Assembly: GCA_977030845.1 (NCBI GenBank)
Contig: OZ365112.1
Span: forward strand, 22,754,001-22,818,000
Reading direction: 5' to 3'
DNA from: Fimbriosthenelais zetlandica
Lineage: Eukaryota
Length of the DNA: 64,000 nucleotides
Part shown: positions 1-13,500 of the stretch, one piece after another
Layout of the letters: every line of letters starts with the position of its first letter
Position numbering within the stretch: position 1 is the first letter of the stretch
The notes under the pieces: model-generated
Seen by the model: the letters and a program-made list of their open reading frames with translations, nothing else
The model's database searches: none
What the model was told of the DNA's origin: nothing
Made by a program: the position numbers and the translations under genes

Positions 1-22
1 TTTCTGACACCAAAGGCTGCAG

Positions 23-2348
23 GTCTGTGTAGCTATAGAAGACAGGAAACCAAGTGATATTTCACCAGGCGCGAGGAGTGGAGGCCACATGTGTCCAAGA
101 CCAGAACCTGAAAAGGTGAAAGGTTGACCTTTTAAATAGAATTTGAATACAACAGGGCATGTAGTTTGTCGACTCCCCAGGAAAAGTCTCACCCTTCTAT
201 TTCTCAATTGTATTTGAAATGTTGAATATATATCCATATATAGTAGTCCTTTACAACACTCTGATTCAATAAGTGACTTTTTATGACATATAGATATATA
301 CACTATGCCTATGGAGCCATTGATCGATTTGTAAGGAAGGGCATAAAGAAAAAACTGAGTGGTAAAAATCAATACATTTCTCATGACTCTAGAAATATCT
401 GAGAATGGGAAATGAAAGAGGAAACGTCACTTGTTTACGAGATCAATACTGGTAAGGCAGGCGCTCAACTATAACCAAAATTGTACATTACATTAAAACC
501 AATTTTCAATAAGTCGTCTATCATAATTATAAAAGTACATTAAGTAAAATACAATAAAGCAATTGATTGGAATAGTAAAATAACTCATATTTGCATACAG
601 CAGAAAGATTCATAATCCATTGCACAATGTCTGCTCGGTCTCATAGATGAGACATGACTTGAGTATCCCTGTTACATTCATGCTTGTACCACAGCTTCCA
701 GAGGGCAAATTCGGCGAGACTTCAGGATTCGTGTGTGCGAATATCGCATGAAACTCATGCAATAAGGCCAACATAACACCTACTCAGATTGAGGAGAGGA
801 ATAGGAAAATAGAACGAGTTGCCATCAGCTTAATTGAGCTCCAAATTTGATGGCAAATTAAAACACACGCCTCCAATTTCCTTAATTAATGATGAGTGAC
901 GGACAATAGAGCTTCTTTACCCAAGCATTCCTCAGATCATTTTCACCATTGTTATTTGTGGCTTTGATTAAGAGCCACAACTAATAGCATCAGTGGGGAT
1001 TTTAAGCTCTACTATGATCGATAAAGATCAATAGGAGCACGTTTTGCTTCCTCACAATATTATTAAGCGTCAAAATATCAATACTTCAGAGGAGATGAAT
1101 CATCGATTTCTTACCTTTTCTTGTGCACACCAAGACGTCTGTAACCTGCACCTCCTTTCAGTATTAGTTCACGAAGATAGAGAGCGAAACATTAATTTCA
1201 CACCATATTGTCATGCATCCAATGATATCATCGATGGTTCCAATCATTGAAAACTGAATTACCTCCCACAAATGTCCATCATTCTTGTCTGAAACATGTA
1301 TATGGTAAACATCTACATGTATAGTCCATGTATTTATAAGCACACAAATCACACAATCTTTTGTTCCAACCACAGCATAGGGAAACTAAAGGCCCCAATA
1401 CAGGCGCAGCAGTTCACAGCAGCATGGTTCTATTCGCTTGTGTGGTAAGCTTACTTTACAAGAATTATACTACACGTATGTATACTTCCAACACTGATTT
1501 GACATCATATATACTATGGGATATGGTATCAAAGACTCCAACCTTTCCGCAACAACAGAACATATAACAAACTTCCCGCACACCTTATAGTCTTTAAAAC
1601 TATACAAGGTGACCAGTCACCACAATATAGAAGCTTCAACAGTACTAATAAAGGGATCTGATAAATAATGCATATGGGAAGGCCAGAACTTCAAGTTGGA
1701 GCCAAGTCCCTGGGGTAACTTATTCTCCTGTGATCCATGTAGTGAATATACTTCTAACGAACTATGATCATTGACAGGAAAGTTGACCTGGCTACCGTCT
1801 TTCGCAAGGTGGTTTGTGTCTATACGCTACCATATATTCATGGATTTTAGCACATGGACATTTGCAGTTTGGATAATAAGATGGTATAAGAGATGTTGGG
1901 TTTTAGAACCTTTCTCAGAGATGTAGAATGTGTTTAAGTATACATATTATACTACAAGAACAAATACAATTCATTTTTTTGGGCAAGACAAGAGCCCTTT
2001 AACTCAACCTTAAATCTCCATTACAAACAAGAAATAAACCATCTGCAACAGAAAAACTTACATTCAGAAATAGCTTTGCACTTAGCACTAATGGTAAAAG
2101 CGAGCGTATACATTACGCCTTTATATGATGAACATGCATGACAGATGTGTTCAGCAGCCGCTATATTATAACGAAATATATATACTCCATCTATTAAAAT
2201 AGATGCATTACCTGTTATGCTTGTGAAATGCTATGCCCACTCGTGTACTATATACTGGTCAGACTCGATTCCGATTTCCTTTCTCCCACCTGTGCAGATC
2301 AAAAGAAGTGGCCTTTACTTTGATTTCCTCTTCTCCTATACACAGTAA
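23..2348 (+). CDS. 3' end of an unidentified plus-strand gene convergent with ABCA; candidate exons 23-115, 393-451, 1376-1444, 1778-1808, 2298-2348
   Basis: Five AG/GT-bounded segments chain in phase (0-2-2-0) to VCVAIEDRKPSDISPGARSGGHMCPRPEPEK KYLRMGNERGNVTCLRDQYC IGKLKAPIQAQQFTAAWFYSLVW KVDLATVFRK IKRSGLYFDFLFSYTQ-stop. The last three exons have good splice sites; the acceptor of the first is weak. Family not recognised. Confidence 0.5.
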
Positions 2349-5134
2349 TGACAGTGGTAGAAGGGAGCCCCACTGGCCTCATCCAAGGCATTGGTGTCGT
2401 CTGCCAGACACCTTATTTTCCTCCTGCAAGGGTATGGCTGTTGAGGGAAGGAGGCGAGGGGGTGGAAGAGGAGGGAGGAGGAGGAGGCAGTGCTGTGAGG
2501 ATGGCAAGGTACCCACATGCACAAAAATAACTGTTGTTCCTTACTTCCTTTTACCAGATCTCAGCACCAAGTGGGGAAGTAGAGAAGTGGTTGTTGAATG
2601 TGCCAATGGAAGAAAAGCTACCATCCATTCTGTTGTTACATCGTCAGAGAGATGGTGCTGCCTTTGTCATTTTACATGTCTCTTTCCATCGCTTCTCACC
2701 AGTTACAGCTTTAGTGCTTGTGTGTCAAACACACCAATACATTTTTTGAGCTCTCTCACATCAAAATTGCCACATCGGCGAAAGGATGCGTAGGACCAAT
2801 AACAATATTATTTCACTTTAACAGTCCCGAAGTAGGATGTTTGAAAAGAGACGGGTTGTCCTGTGAATGTCTCTGGTGATCTTCCAATATAGAATCCTGA
2901 GAGTGTTCCCTCCAATGCATGCCGGGGTAATATTCAGTGGACTCATAACACACTATCACAGTGCTTAATTCTGGTCTTTCACAGGCTAGAGTTAAGAGCT
3001 AGTACCCTTTTGCTACAGAAAAATCATCTTCAATGAGTGCCAACAAAGTTCTATGCCCAAACCTCACCTCAAACACTACCACGTGAAATGAATGTGGAGA
3101 CTAGCAGGTTTCAGGGACAATCTATAAATTGATGACCTTCTTATTTTAAGATGCAAAGGCAGGAGAAACTTTGTTTTCTATGTTGGGCTCACCACAATTT
3201 ACTGATTGTTTGGATCAAAGGCTCAATTGTTTACGGTGATTATGTGCAGCAATTTTCTGCCTGCCTGTAAACCTTTGCTTTGGTCAAGTATACATCACCA
3301 ATGGATGGTCTCATGTGATCAATAAACAGAAAAAAAAACTCCAGACTCAACCTAAGTAAATATGTAGAACATTTACTTCCGATTGAATAAATCCCAAAGG
3401 ATACCTGAGCTGTTTCTAGTGATCAAATCCGAGTAGTATACTAGCTATCTTTGACAAGAGATCCTCCCAAACCACGCCCAAAACAGTCCATGGAAAAATT
3501 CAGTATGATATATATATCTACGAGATCCGAGGAAATCGCGAAATACTAGCCATCACATAATGAACTGATGACTTTTAGTACAGACTAAAGCAATAAATCT
3601 AATATATGGAATGACTATGTACAGAGCTTATTAAATCTGTCATGTTGGGGGACAGTAATGATATTAATTTGTGACCAGATGTGTTGTAGGGGAAAGTCCC
3701 TTACCCATACAAGGTACTAGCTCTGAGCATTTGGCCTCTGAACGACCGGAAGCACTCTCATAGTGTGGTGTTAGTTCAGTGAATGTTACCCTGACATGAG
3801 AGAGAACACTTTGCACGATGCTATAGTGGAAGATCTGACATTCACAGTGCAGCTCGCATCCAGCCAAAACAAACAGGCACTACAGTCAGGAGCAAGCAGA
3901 ATATATAGCTAGTCATGAAGTGACCCAAATAGTCCTTAATTAACAACTATCTGAGGCTCTCTAAACCTTTCTAATTATATGGAAGAACCAATAGAATTAT
4001 TTAACTCCCTTAGTTCTTCCCATACCAAACACATTTAATTCCACCATTGTACAGACTGGACACTGTGGATACGGAGAGACCCAGACTTGTAAATGATGAC
4101 CAATTCCGTGGTATGTGGACGTAGTATGAGGGAGGCATGTCCAGTAGTGGGAGGAAGAGGAGAAAGTTGCCGTTGGTAATAACTTCATATCAGACTGGCA
4201 TTATTTATGAGGCTAGATTGGCGTGATAAGTTCTCATATTAACTCTGTGCATGGCTGACGACCAATTTCCCCGCAAACGTTTTGCTTTTTAACAAAAGTC
4301 AATCAATAGACTCATGAATCATACAATATCCCTAGATGGGTAATATGGAGGCTACAAGTTCTCTCTAATACACAACATTGATTACATAGGTTATACATGT
4401 AACATCACAGCACATCATAGCAATGACTGAATGGCTCTGTAGCGATCTTGTGGTATGCTTGGGTCTCTCCACCAGCCTCGCCAATCGCAAGTGATTGCAT
4501 AAATGATTTGATATTTGGGAAATTAAATTGCTGGTCGGTAGGTTCAATCAAAGGTAATCGCAAGACCTTGCAATTTCAAGCCCCATGCAGCCTGATGGAG
4601 TACCCTACCTCAGTGTACATATCAATGAGTACCTCTATGTAGCTTGTCTATAATACTAAGTTATATAACACATACAAAAGAGTGCCACATCTTGCTAACA
4701 GTGTACAACGAAGTTCATACCGGGAAGTAGTTGTTGGGGTGTATGAATATGCGCCTGTTCAATCACACTGGTGCTGTCTTCTCCCTCTAATTTGATCATA
4801 CATATAGTGTGAGAAGTAATCAGAGAAGACGCAGAGCTATCTTGGGAGATAGGAAGAATCCCAATGCGGGCATCAAAGCTCATCCTTGGCCAGAGAAAAA
4901 ACAGGCCTTTTATCTTTATGATTAGCGGTTGGTCTACAGCCTTATTTAGGTGACCCGCAGACCGATGAATCGACAGATAGATCCATCTGCCTGCATCCAT
5001 ATCTCCGTTCATATCTCCCTATTTTTACACATGCCAGAACGTCTCAATCATGCAAGTACTCACTTATACACTGTCTTTATGTCTGCAGCCATCCAGCATT
5101 AAATTATTCAGAAATTACATAAAAATATTCACAC

Positions 5135-5140
5135 TTTATT
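5135..5140 (-). terminator. Candidate AATAAA polyadenylation signal of the ABCA gene (~1.3-kb 3' UTR)
   Basis: TTTATT on the plus strand at the distal end of an AT-rich block downstream of the stop; not unique, no transcript evidence. Confidence 0.3.
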
Positions 5141-6433
5141 TCTTTCAGAAACATTACGATATACATTTTTGGATTTTACGATAAACAGTTTATAATTACA
5201 CAAGCTGTCGAGATATTTTGTAAAGCTGCACATTGATTATTTAAAAATAAATGCATTGAAAAAGTGAGTTAAATTTTGCATAATGCTCATAATTATATGT
5301 ATACATACGTGTATTCCGGTATCAAGTTATATTAAAGGATAATGTGGTAAACCGGGCTGAGATTCACTATATATCACAAAAGTCACAGGAGAAATCAACC
5401 CACATGATTTTGAAGTCATAAAGACTTCTAAATATTTCCTATTTACAACTATATGTTCCCTTACTAATATGCGACCGATTTTTTTCTATGATTCATGTAT
5501 TTTGTTAAAATAATGCAGGTGACCATGTTCTATAATCACTGATGTGAGAAATGGCGGCACTGCTATTTGAAACGTGCTTTAGCTTTGTACAAAAAGAGTG
5601 CATCGTAAATATATATCATCTCTGCAGTATATAATCACCAAATAATTCTGTATAACTGGAATGTGTGAAAAAGTAGGAAACCCGTTATTATTATTTCATC
5701 GATCAAATTTCATTATAAAATGTCAACACAGCCTGGTCTTTAGACCCAGATGGTGTTGACCTAATCTAGACTGATTCAATCAGCATTGGTAACACAAATA
5801 CTATAGTGCATTGATACTTGCAAGTCCTACAAATTTAAGGCCATCACTTTGGCTCTCTCATTCCCTGATTACCAATCACATCACACAATAGCATTTAATT
5901 AATCCATCCCTTTTCGCCCCCTTCATAAGCACATCTTTCTTTGTTCTTGGAATTTGCGCTGTCTGTATGTGTATTATAGTCCCGGATAAAACACACAGAC
6001 TCGCTGAGGTCCGTCATTATCACTCGTATCGATAGATTAATATAAAAGATTGAAGCTTACTTAGAAAATAATTAGATGTCAGCTTCATTCAAGATCAAGC
6101 TTTGTGACTGGACGAAAAAGTGTATCACATATCATTCAAGATTCTCTAAACCCACAGGAAATCTGTGTCAGACTGTGGTAATGCTGAACTACTGTCTCAC
6201 AGGAAATGTGTAGTAACACCAATGGAGTTCAACACAATGTATAAAGGTGATCACAGTTCCTCAGTGGGTTTAATTATACCCTGTATATTAACAATAATTA
6301 TGACGATGTGACAAGAGCACCAGGATTCATGTATGTACCGTAATAAACCCTTAGCTCTGTGGTGGTCTATCTAATTGCATTGCTCACACAGCTGTGTACG
6401 GGAAGGTCGGGGGGGTATGATGATAAGCTTCTG

Positions 6434-7595
6434 CTATAATCTGATAGAGAGGCTTTCTGTAGGTATATATTCCATCTCAGGTACACCAGCTACATTATCA
6501 TACATGCCAGGCCTTAGCTGGCCCCCCTCTTGTGAGGCCCTTTCTGGGGCCTCGGCTTCCTGATGGGCCTCGTTAAGGGCTTCTGCCCTCACCAGCGGAG
6601 GTACATGGCGTAGTGGTGCCCCTGATCTGAGAGGGGCATCCAGGACTAGACCTTCTGTCAAGGATGGCCTCACCGGGGCATGTTCTGTTTTCTCATCCTC
6701 GTGGACTGACGGTACCTTTGTCATGGCGGTGAGGTTAGAGCGGAGACGTAAACTACCGGTGTTGGCCTTGATGTTGGCCTGGTACATCTTACCGGCAGGT
6801 TTAGCGTTCATGTTCTCACCCAGTGTGTCGTATGCTCGGTTAGTGTAAGCGTAGACACTACTCGCTCCTTCATCAGGGGTCGGGTCATCCTCTGGCTCAG
6901 GCAGCTGACCGTCAGTCTGACCCTCAGCAAAGTTAACGAAGAGCTGTGAGGGATAGAGGTGAAAAGGTGAGACACAGCTGGCTCATCATGATAAATGACA
7001 GCAACTCAGGCTTCCTCCCATTAAAGGGGCAAACAAAATACAATGTACTGCCATTATTAGGTATTACACTTTCTATCGCTATCACTTAAGAGGATTCATG
7101 AAGGTGATATGAGATTTAAGAACAATCTGAGTGTTTGGTAGGGGAGTAGGAGAGGACGAGGATGGAAGAGGAGGTAGTTTTACCTGATCAAGTGTGGTTT
7201 GAGATATTGAGTAATCCTCCACGTGCAGATTCAGTTTCTCCATTTCCAGCACACCAAAAAGCTCAGCCAGGGAGGAGACATGAGCTGGGATCTCAAATTC
7301 CAGCACATGATGATGGCGACTCTGTTTACAAGATTGAAATAAAACAAACCAAATCATTCTCCTGAAAAGTGCACAACTGGAGGAGCCGGGATAATGACAG
7401 CAACAGGCTCATACATGTGTCATAATTCCAATTCCGTATTCATGAGAAATTAAGTACTAGGCCTATATTAATCAAAAACATTCACATACCTTCAGATAAG
7501 AGTCAGGGAAGGTAGAATGCATAAACTCTACCACAGCAGCTTGGTTGATAGAGTGGCCAGCCACTCGTAGTTTGACTGAATACGAGCCACCAAAC
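6434..7595 (-). CDS. ABCA: Regulatory domain 2 and terminal exon (7490-7595, 7184-7321, 6434-6943)
   Basis: [11 protein letters not shown]; [12 protein letters not shown]|LFVNFA followed by a ~160-aa tail ending SLSIRL-stop at 6436-6434. Confidence 0.92.
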
Positions 7596-10500
7596 CTGGA
7601 ATAATGACAAATCACAAATACAGTGTAATCCTACTAATTATAATGATCTTTCGAGATGGACTAAAGTAAGTACCACCTACCAACATTTTTAAGCTGTATG
7701 CTATATATTAACATAGGTAGCATTATAGTAGGTCTATATGAACAGTGACGTGAGTAGTACAATTATGAAAAGTGCCATGAAGAGAGACATACTTGTTTTT
7801 CAGGTGTTGCCCGCTACCTAGACATGTAAAGCGTCCATTGACCATGATGGCTAGACGTGTACAGAGAGCATCACATTCCGCCATGCTATGTGACGTCAGT
7901 ATCACAGACCGCTGGTCTTTAATCACACCGGTAATGTTGTTCCATACCAGGCGACGTGTGGCTGGATCCATGCCTGTTGTTGGCTCATCCTACAATGATT
8001 AAAAGGCAAAAGTTATAAACAATTATAAGTCAGAAAAGAGAAATCCGTTACTGAGTAATAATGATTAAATGTTTGTAGAAACAACGATGTTCAACTGGTA
8101 TAAATCTTAATATGTCCTTACCAAGAGTATCAATTCAGGTTCTCCGAGAAGGGCTAGGGCTGAGGATAGTTTGCGCTTGTTGCCACCACTGTAGGCTTTC
8201 ACCAGTTTATTGGCTCCTGTTGTTAGTCCGAATCTTTGCAGGGCTGAGTCACACACCTGAAAGAAAGAAGATAATATAAAATACTGTTTCATAGTTTAAT
8301 TTCTCAGATAAAACTTTAACAAACTTAAAGGATATGAGGATTACTATTTATTAAGCCAAATAAAGGTATACCTCTTGAATGTCCTCCTCAGGAACGCCTT
8401 TGAGTCTGGCTATACAGTAGATCATTTCAGTCCCAGTCAGCATTGGATCCAGGGCATCCTGCTGTGGGCAGTATCCTACATTCTGTTCCATATTGGACAT
8501 GTCTTCCGAGATACTGAAATACAGAAGATATAAGCCTACTCCTTTCAGACATGCAGAACGATTATACAAATCATTAATTGATAACATACCCAAAGAACTG
8601 TCAAAGAGGTGATTAAAATCATTCCAAAGTATTGCAAAAATTTAATGGAGGGGGGGGGGGATCAAAAGCAGACAGAAAAAGCTCCAGGGTAAGGGATTGG
8701 ACTCACGTTTTGCCGTTGAGAATAGCTGCCCCTCCGGTGGGGAGAAGATTACCGGTGATCATTTTAAACGTTGTTGTTTTCCCGGCTCCATTGACACCCA
8801 GCAGGCCAAAGCACTGAAATATGCATGAAAGGAGGTGATCACTTTACCTTCTCTATTCAATACAATCAAACCTCCATCAGCAAGACACTATGGTGGATAC
8901 AAGAAACACACGTCCCATGGACAGGCTTCATTTATGGCTTATAATAGGAAATATCTTGATATCAGATTCTGCAAAGATCACGCATGATTGTACCAATCTT
9001 ATATTCAATTCATATACACACCTCGCCTTTTGGAACACCAAGGCAAAGGTTTTCCACAGCAAGGACTTTCTTCAACCCACGTCGATAAACCTAACAGAGA
9101 AAGTGAACCTATTGTAATCAAAGTTATCATATATACAGTATGTATGCAAATATCGAGCACGGCACATCTCCATGGTAGTGAGATCTCTCACTGCATGGTA
9201 GTCTAAAGATATATTTAAAGGTGTCTAGTACTGATCGTGGGCTATTCATTAGTTCCTGTACTGGTTATAGCTATATAGGGCCGATAGTATAGATCTAGAC
9301 ATGTAACTGAGTGCATGAAGACATGAATAGTGTTTATGAACCAGTATATTATGGTCCGTGCCCACCTTGGTGAGGTTATGTAGACGGAGGAGGTCGGTTC
9401 TCGCCTCCCCGGTCACCACTCTTTGTCTCTCCAGGCTCACATCACTGTCCTCCTTGTAGTCTGCCTTCTGACGCTTCCTCATTGAACTAGACACATTGAT
9501 CAATACAAACAGTTCAATACATAATACTCAAAATGGTCAATATTGAGTGCTGGAATAAACTATCAGCTCAATATGTAATAGATGAAAATATCGACCAACT
9601 GCTTGGATCACAATCAATGATGAAATTGTCTTTATGGAAGTAAGGTCAGTTCAATATTCTATTGTCAGCTGAATACCAAACTATCAATTCAATACCAACT
9701 GTCCGCTAGTCAGTTCAATAAAAACGGTAATAGGAATATAGCTTTCGTATATTGGAAATAAATATTTACTAACAACAGCTACCACAGATTAAAAATATGA
9801 TGTGGATCAAGGACTGACATAAGCAGATCACTTAATAATCATATTAGTAATGCAAGCCATTCAGACTCACAGGAGCAACTTAAAATATCAATATGCGCGA
9901 AGTATCATATGGATAGTACTCGTACCAACGAGTCTAGGCTTCATTCTAGACTCGTTGCTTGTACCAAGGAAAACATGGACGATTCATATGCATGTTTAAA
10001 GCAAAGAAATCACGAAACAAAATATTAACTAGATCTGATGAACGAAACGACGAAGGTTAAGAAAATCGAGATTATTTCCGTCACATTACAGCAGAGCACA
10101 TCAGAATCCACATTTGTCAAAACATACAAAAATATTATTCGTGCAATGTTACAATCATGGAGTATGGCTTGACACCACAGCATACAGCATGCAAAAAATA
10201 GAAGCAATCCAACCATGTTGTTAGCCTTTTAGCTTCTAACTCACCTGGCTTCAACCTCCATGTACAGTTTTCTTAGGTTAAAAATTTAAAATATCAAGTG
10301 TTAAACGTAAAAATATCTAGTATTTAGTGATAATGTCATCAGTTATTAACTATTACACACGTGGGACTGGGGAAAGTGCAAATGAATGAAACCAAAACCA
10401 AATGTGCTTAAAATGTCATTCTGCAACACATACACTCAGGTTAAATTCTTGTCAGCCTAACCCTGGATGAACATCATGCACTCTATGTGTATTATCCAGT

Positions 10501-13500
10501 TAGAATAAAAATAAAATAATGACAGTGTCAATAAATCATTAACAGCATCAAGTGGACTTGTAATTGTCTATAGATATCTAGGTATATAACCATACCTGTA
10601 TTCACCAAGCGACCTGTAATGTTTGATTTGAAAACGATGTATATACTGATTTGAAAAAACCCTGAATCTTTCACGAAGAAACATCATCTTATATGTATAC
10701 TTAATGCCTGAGACAGGCCTGAGGGCACCATTGTTGCACCAATCCCCATGGGACATGGTAAAATACTGCATCAACGAACTCTGGAGTGTGCTAATTTGTA
10801 TTTATGAATATTTTTGTTACAATTAAAAGTACTTTAAGGTACATAGAAACATTATTTCTGGTATTTTGGCAAGTACCAAACTGAATAGCCACCGACGACT
10901 CGCCTGCAGGAAGACTGTAAAGTTTGTCTATAGATGTTATGTTTGTCTGTAGAACATTGGTACTTGAACAGTACCAAGTACGGTATATAAAGTATGGGGA
11001 CATACCTGCTGGATACACAGCCACGTGCGTCAAAGATGAGGGTGAGTAGGAGAAACACCGTGCCTTCTATTGTCATGGCAACCATATGCCAGCCACACAT
11101 CTCTAGGGAGAAGGGGTTCTTGTAGTTGTCCATGCCAAACCGCTCGAAGACGCTGGTCAGGAACTGGTTGTAGGAGAGTTTGACCAGGCCATCACCCAGG
11201 GCATACTGGGGCAGGATGAGCAGAACCTTCTGCAGAATCTCATGGGCTTGAGCTATAGTCTGAGAATGGAAAACGATCCAATCACATTATCATGTCAAAC
11301 GTACTCATATGAAATAAATCATCAACTTACGAGGTAGTAAAGTCTTATATATATTTCCTGTTATTATAAGATCATTGTAATTGACTTACTTCATTGGCTG
11401 TAAAAAGACTAAGTAGGAATGTACAGGAGGTAGCATTGATTCCTATGAAGAGATTGAGGATGAAGACTGCCATGTAACCGATAGAGATGTCTGAGAAGAG
11501 GCCCACCATAAGGTAGGTTAACGGTATGGTGGCATACCTGGGAAATAATCATCATCTTTATCGACTAATCCACAAATTAAAACATCTATAATTTGGTAGA
11601 AGGCACAGAATAATTATAAATGGATGAATTAATGAATCAGACAAGAAACTGTAGCAATGCTCACCCAAACAGTATAAGAAGTGTAAGGAAGGCTGGTAAA
11701 TTGAGTCTGGCAGTATAGATGGGGATATTAAAGGCCAGAGCTATACAGGCAGTCAAAGCTACTGTCAGTAAGTACGACAGCTGAAAGACAAATACAAAAC
11801 CAATCATTTTACTGGTCTTTCAAAGTAATTACTCACATTAGCTAAGTGATGTTATGCCATAGAGACAGATACAATTAAGACATGTTGAGCAAGTGATTCA
11901 TTGAGGAGAAAATATTTGATGAAATCAGAAGTAGGCTTACCATATCCCATATAAAAGCACTGAACCAATACTGTAAAATTCCCACACCACAGATCATCTG
12001 GAGTTGTTTTTCCTGGTGGATCCTTTCATGGATCAGGTAGATGATATAACCTGCAGGTACAAAGCAGTAGGCACACAGGATAGTCAGAGCTATGCCTGTA
12101 TCTGCAATACCCTGCAGTCTGAAACCAATGAAACAAACCGGCATTATTATTCAATAACTTGCATGACTTGTAAGTCAGAGGGAACTCTCTCAGGGGTAAG
12201 TAAAATCACAGGGGTAAAAGAACAGGGGTAAGTAAAATCACAGAGGGAATTCTATGAGGACAAGGAAGTCAAATCACAGAGGGAATTCCCTGAGAACAGG
12301 GGTAAGGCAAATCACAGAGGGAATTCCCTGAGAACAGGGGTAAGGCAAATCACAGAGGGAATTCCTTGAGGACAGGGGTAAGTTAAATCAGAGGGAATTC
12401 CCTGGGCACAAGGAAGTAAAATTACAGAGAGAATTCTCTGAGGACAGGGAGGTGAAATCACAGAGGGAATTTCCCGAGGTCAGGGGTAAAATTTATTGAG
12501 GGGCATGTATAAGATTACTAAGTCTTACAGAGTGAATTCACTGAGTTGTTCCCGTGAAGCATTGAGTGGATGATTGTAGAGAGAGACACCGTATTCGCTG
12601 GCAGATCTGTTATCATCTGCAGCCTCGATATTGGCTCGCAGTAACATGTTGTTCAGGGTGTTGTAGAAGGCAGGCAGTGCATGATGGCCTTTGTTATTGA
12701 ACCAGACTGTAGCTTTTGGCGATCCTTCCTCCATGTCAAATGTCCATCCTCCATACCTAAAACACACAAATAATAGTATACAGCAACTTATTATATTTAC
12801 AACAAACAACCAAATAACCACAAAATGCTTTTCAACGATGCTTTGCTATAAGTATAGGAGAAATGTCTTTACCGGTTGCTGGTGAGTTTATGGGTAGTGA
12901 GCAGGTACTCTGATGTAGGTAAAGCCTCGCCTGTCAGGTTGTATAACCTGGCTTTGGTGGGTGTTTTCAGGTAGGGTACAGTGTAATCAAATTCTCTCAT
13001 GTTACGTGAACACACCTGGCGCCCATCCCGACATTCACAGGTTGGTAAGTCTGATGGATCATCAGGGTGGATATACTCAGGTTCAGTGGCTCGACATATA
13101 GACCTGAAGAAACGAACAAGCTCAACTATTAGTAAATATAGCGTGATAATATGAAGCTAAGTAATTTCTGGTGTAAAAGGCTGATGTGGGATTTAGAGTG
13201 GTTATACTGACTGGTACTCAGAATCCGTCATACAGGTGGTACCCAGGCCTGGAGCTTCTCGTAGAGTATCTATAGCCAGCTTATTGAATGTATCATTAGC
13301 GTATGGCGCATCATCACTGAAAGTAAAAGACACGCACAATGACAGATAGCAAAAGATATATGGGAACATTCCTGCTTGATATACAGAATAAATGATTAAG
13401 ACTAACCGGAAAAACATGGTTTGTTGTGGGTAGAGTTCAGGAGTCAAGAGTAGCGCTGGCCTGTCCTGAGTTTTGGGTTTGATCAGGGTACAGCCCATTG

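Noticed and set aside
1-108. Minus-strand exon candidate (ccttttcag acceptor, SGLGHMWPPLLAPGEIS...)
   Set aside because: No partner exons found on that strand; the plus-strand chain over the same bases is better supported. Not fully excluded.
2233-2793. 186-aa plus-strand ORF
   Set aside because: Low-complexity GA-rich content and no recognisable domain; the phase-consistent exon chain stops at 2348 in another frame, so this is probably 3' UTR.
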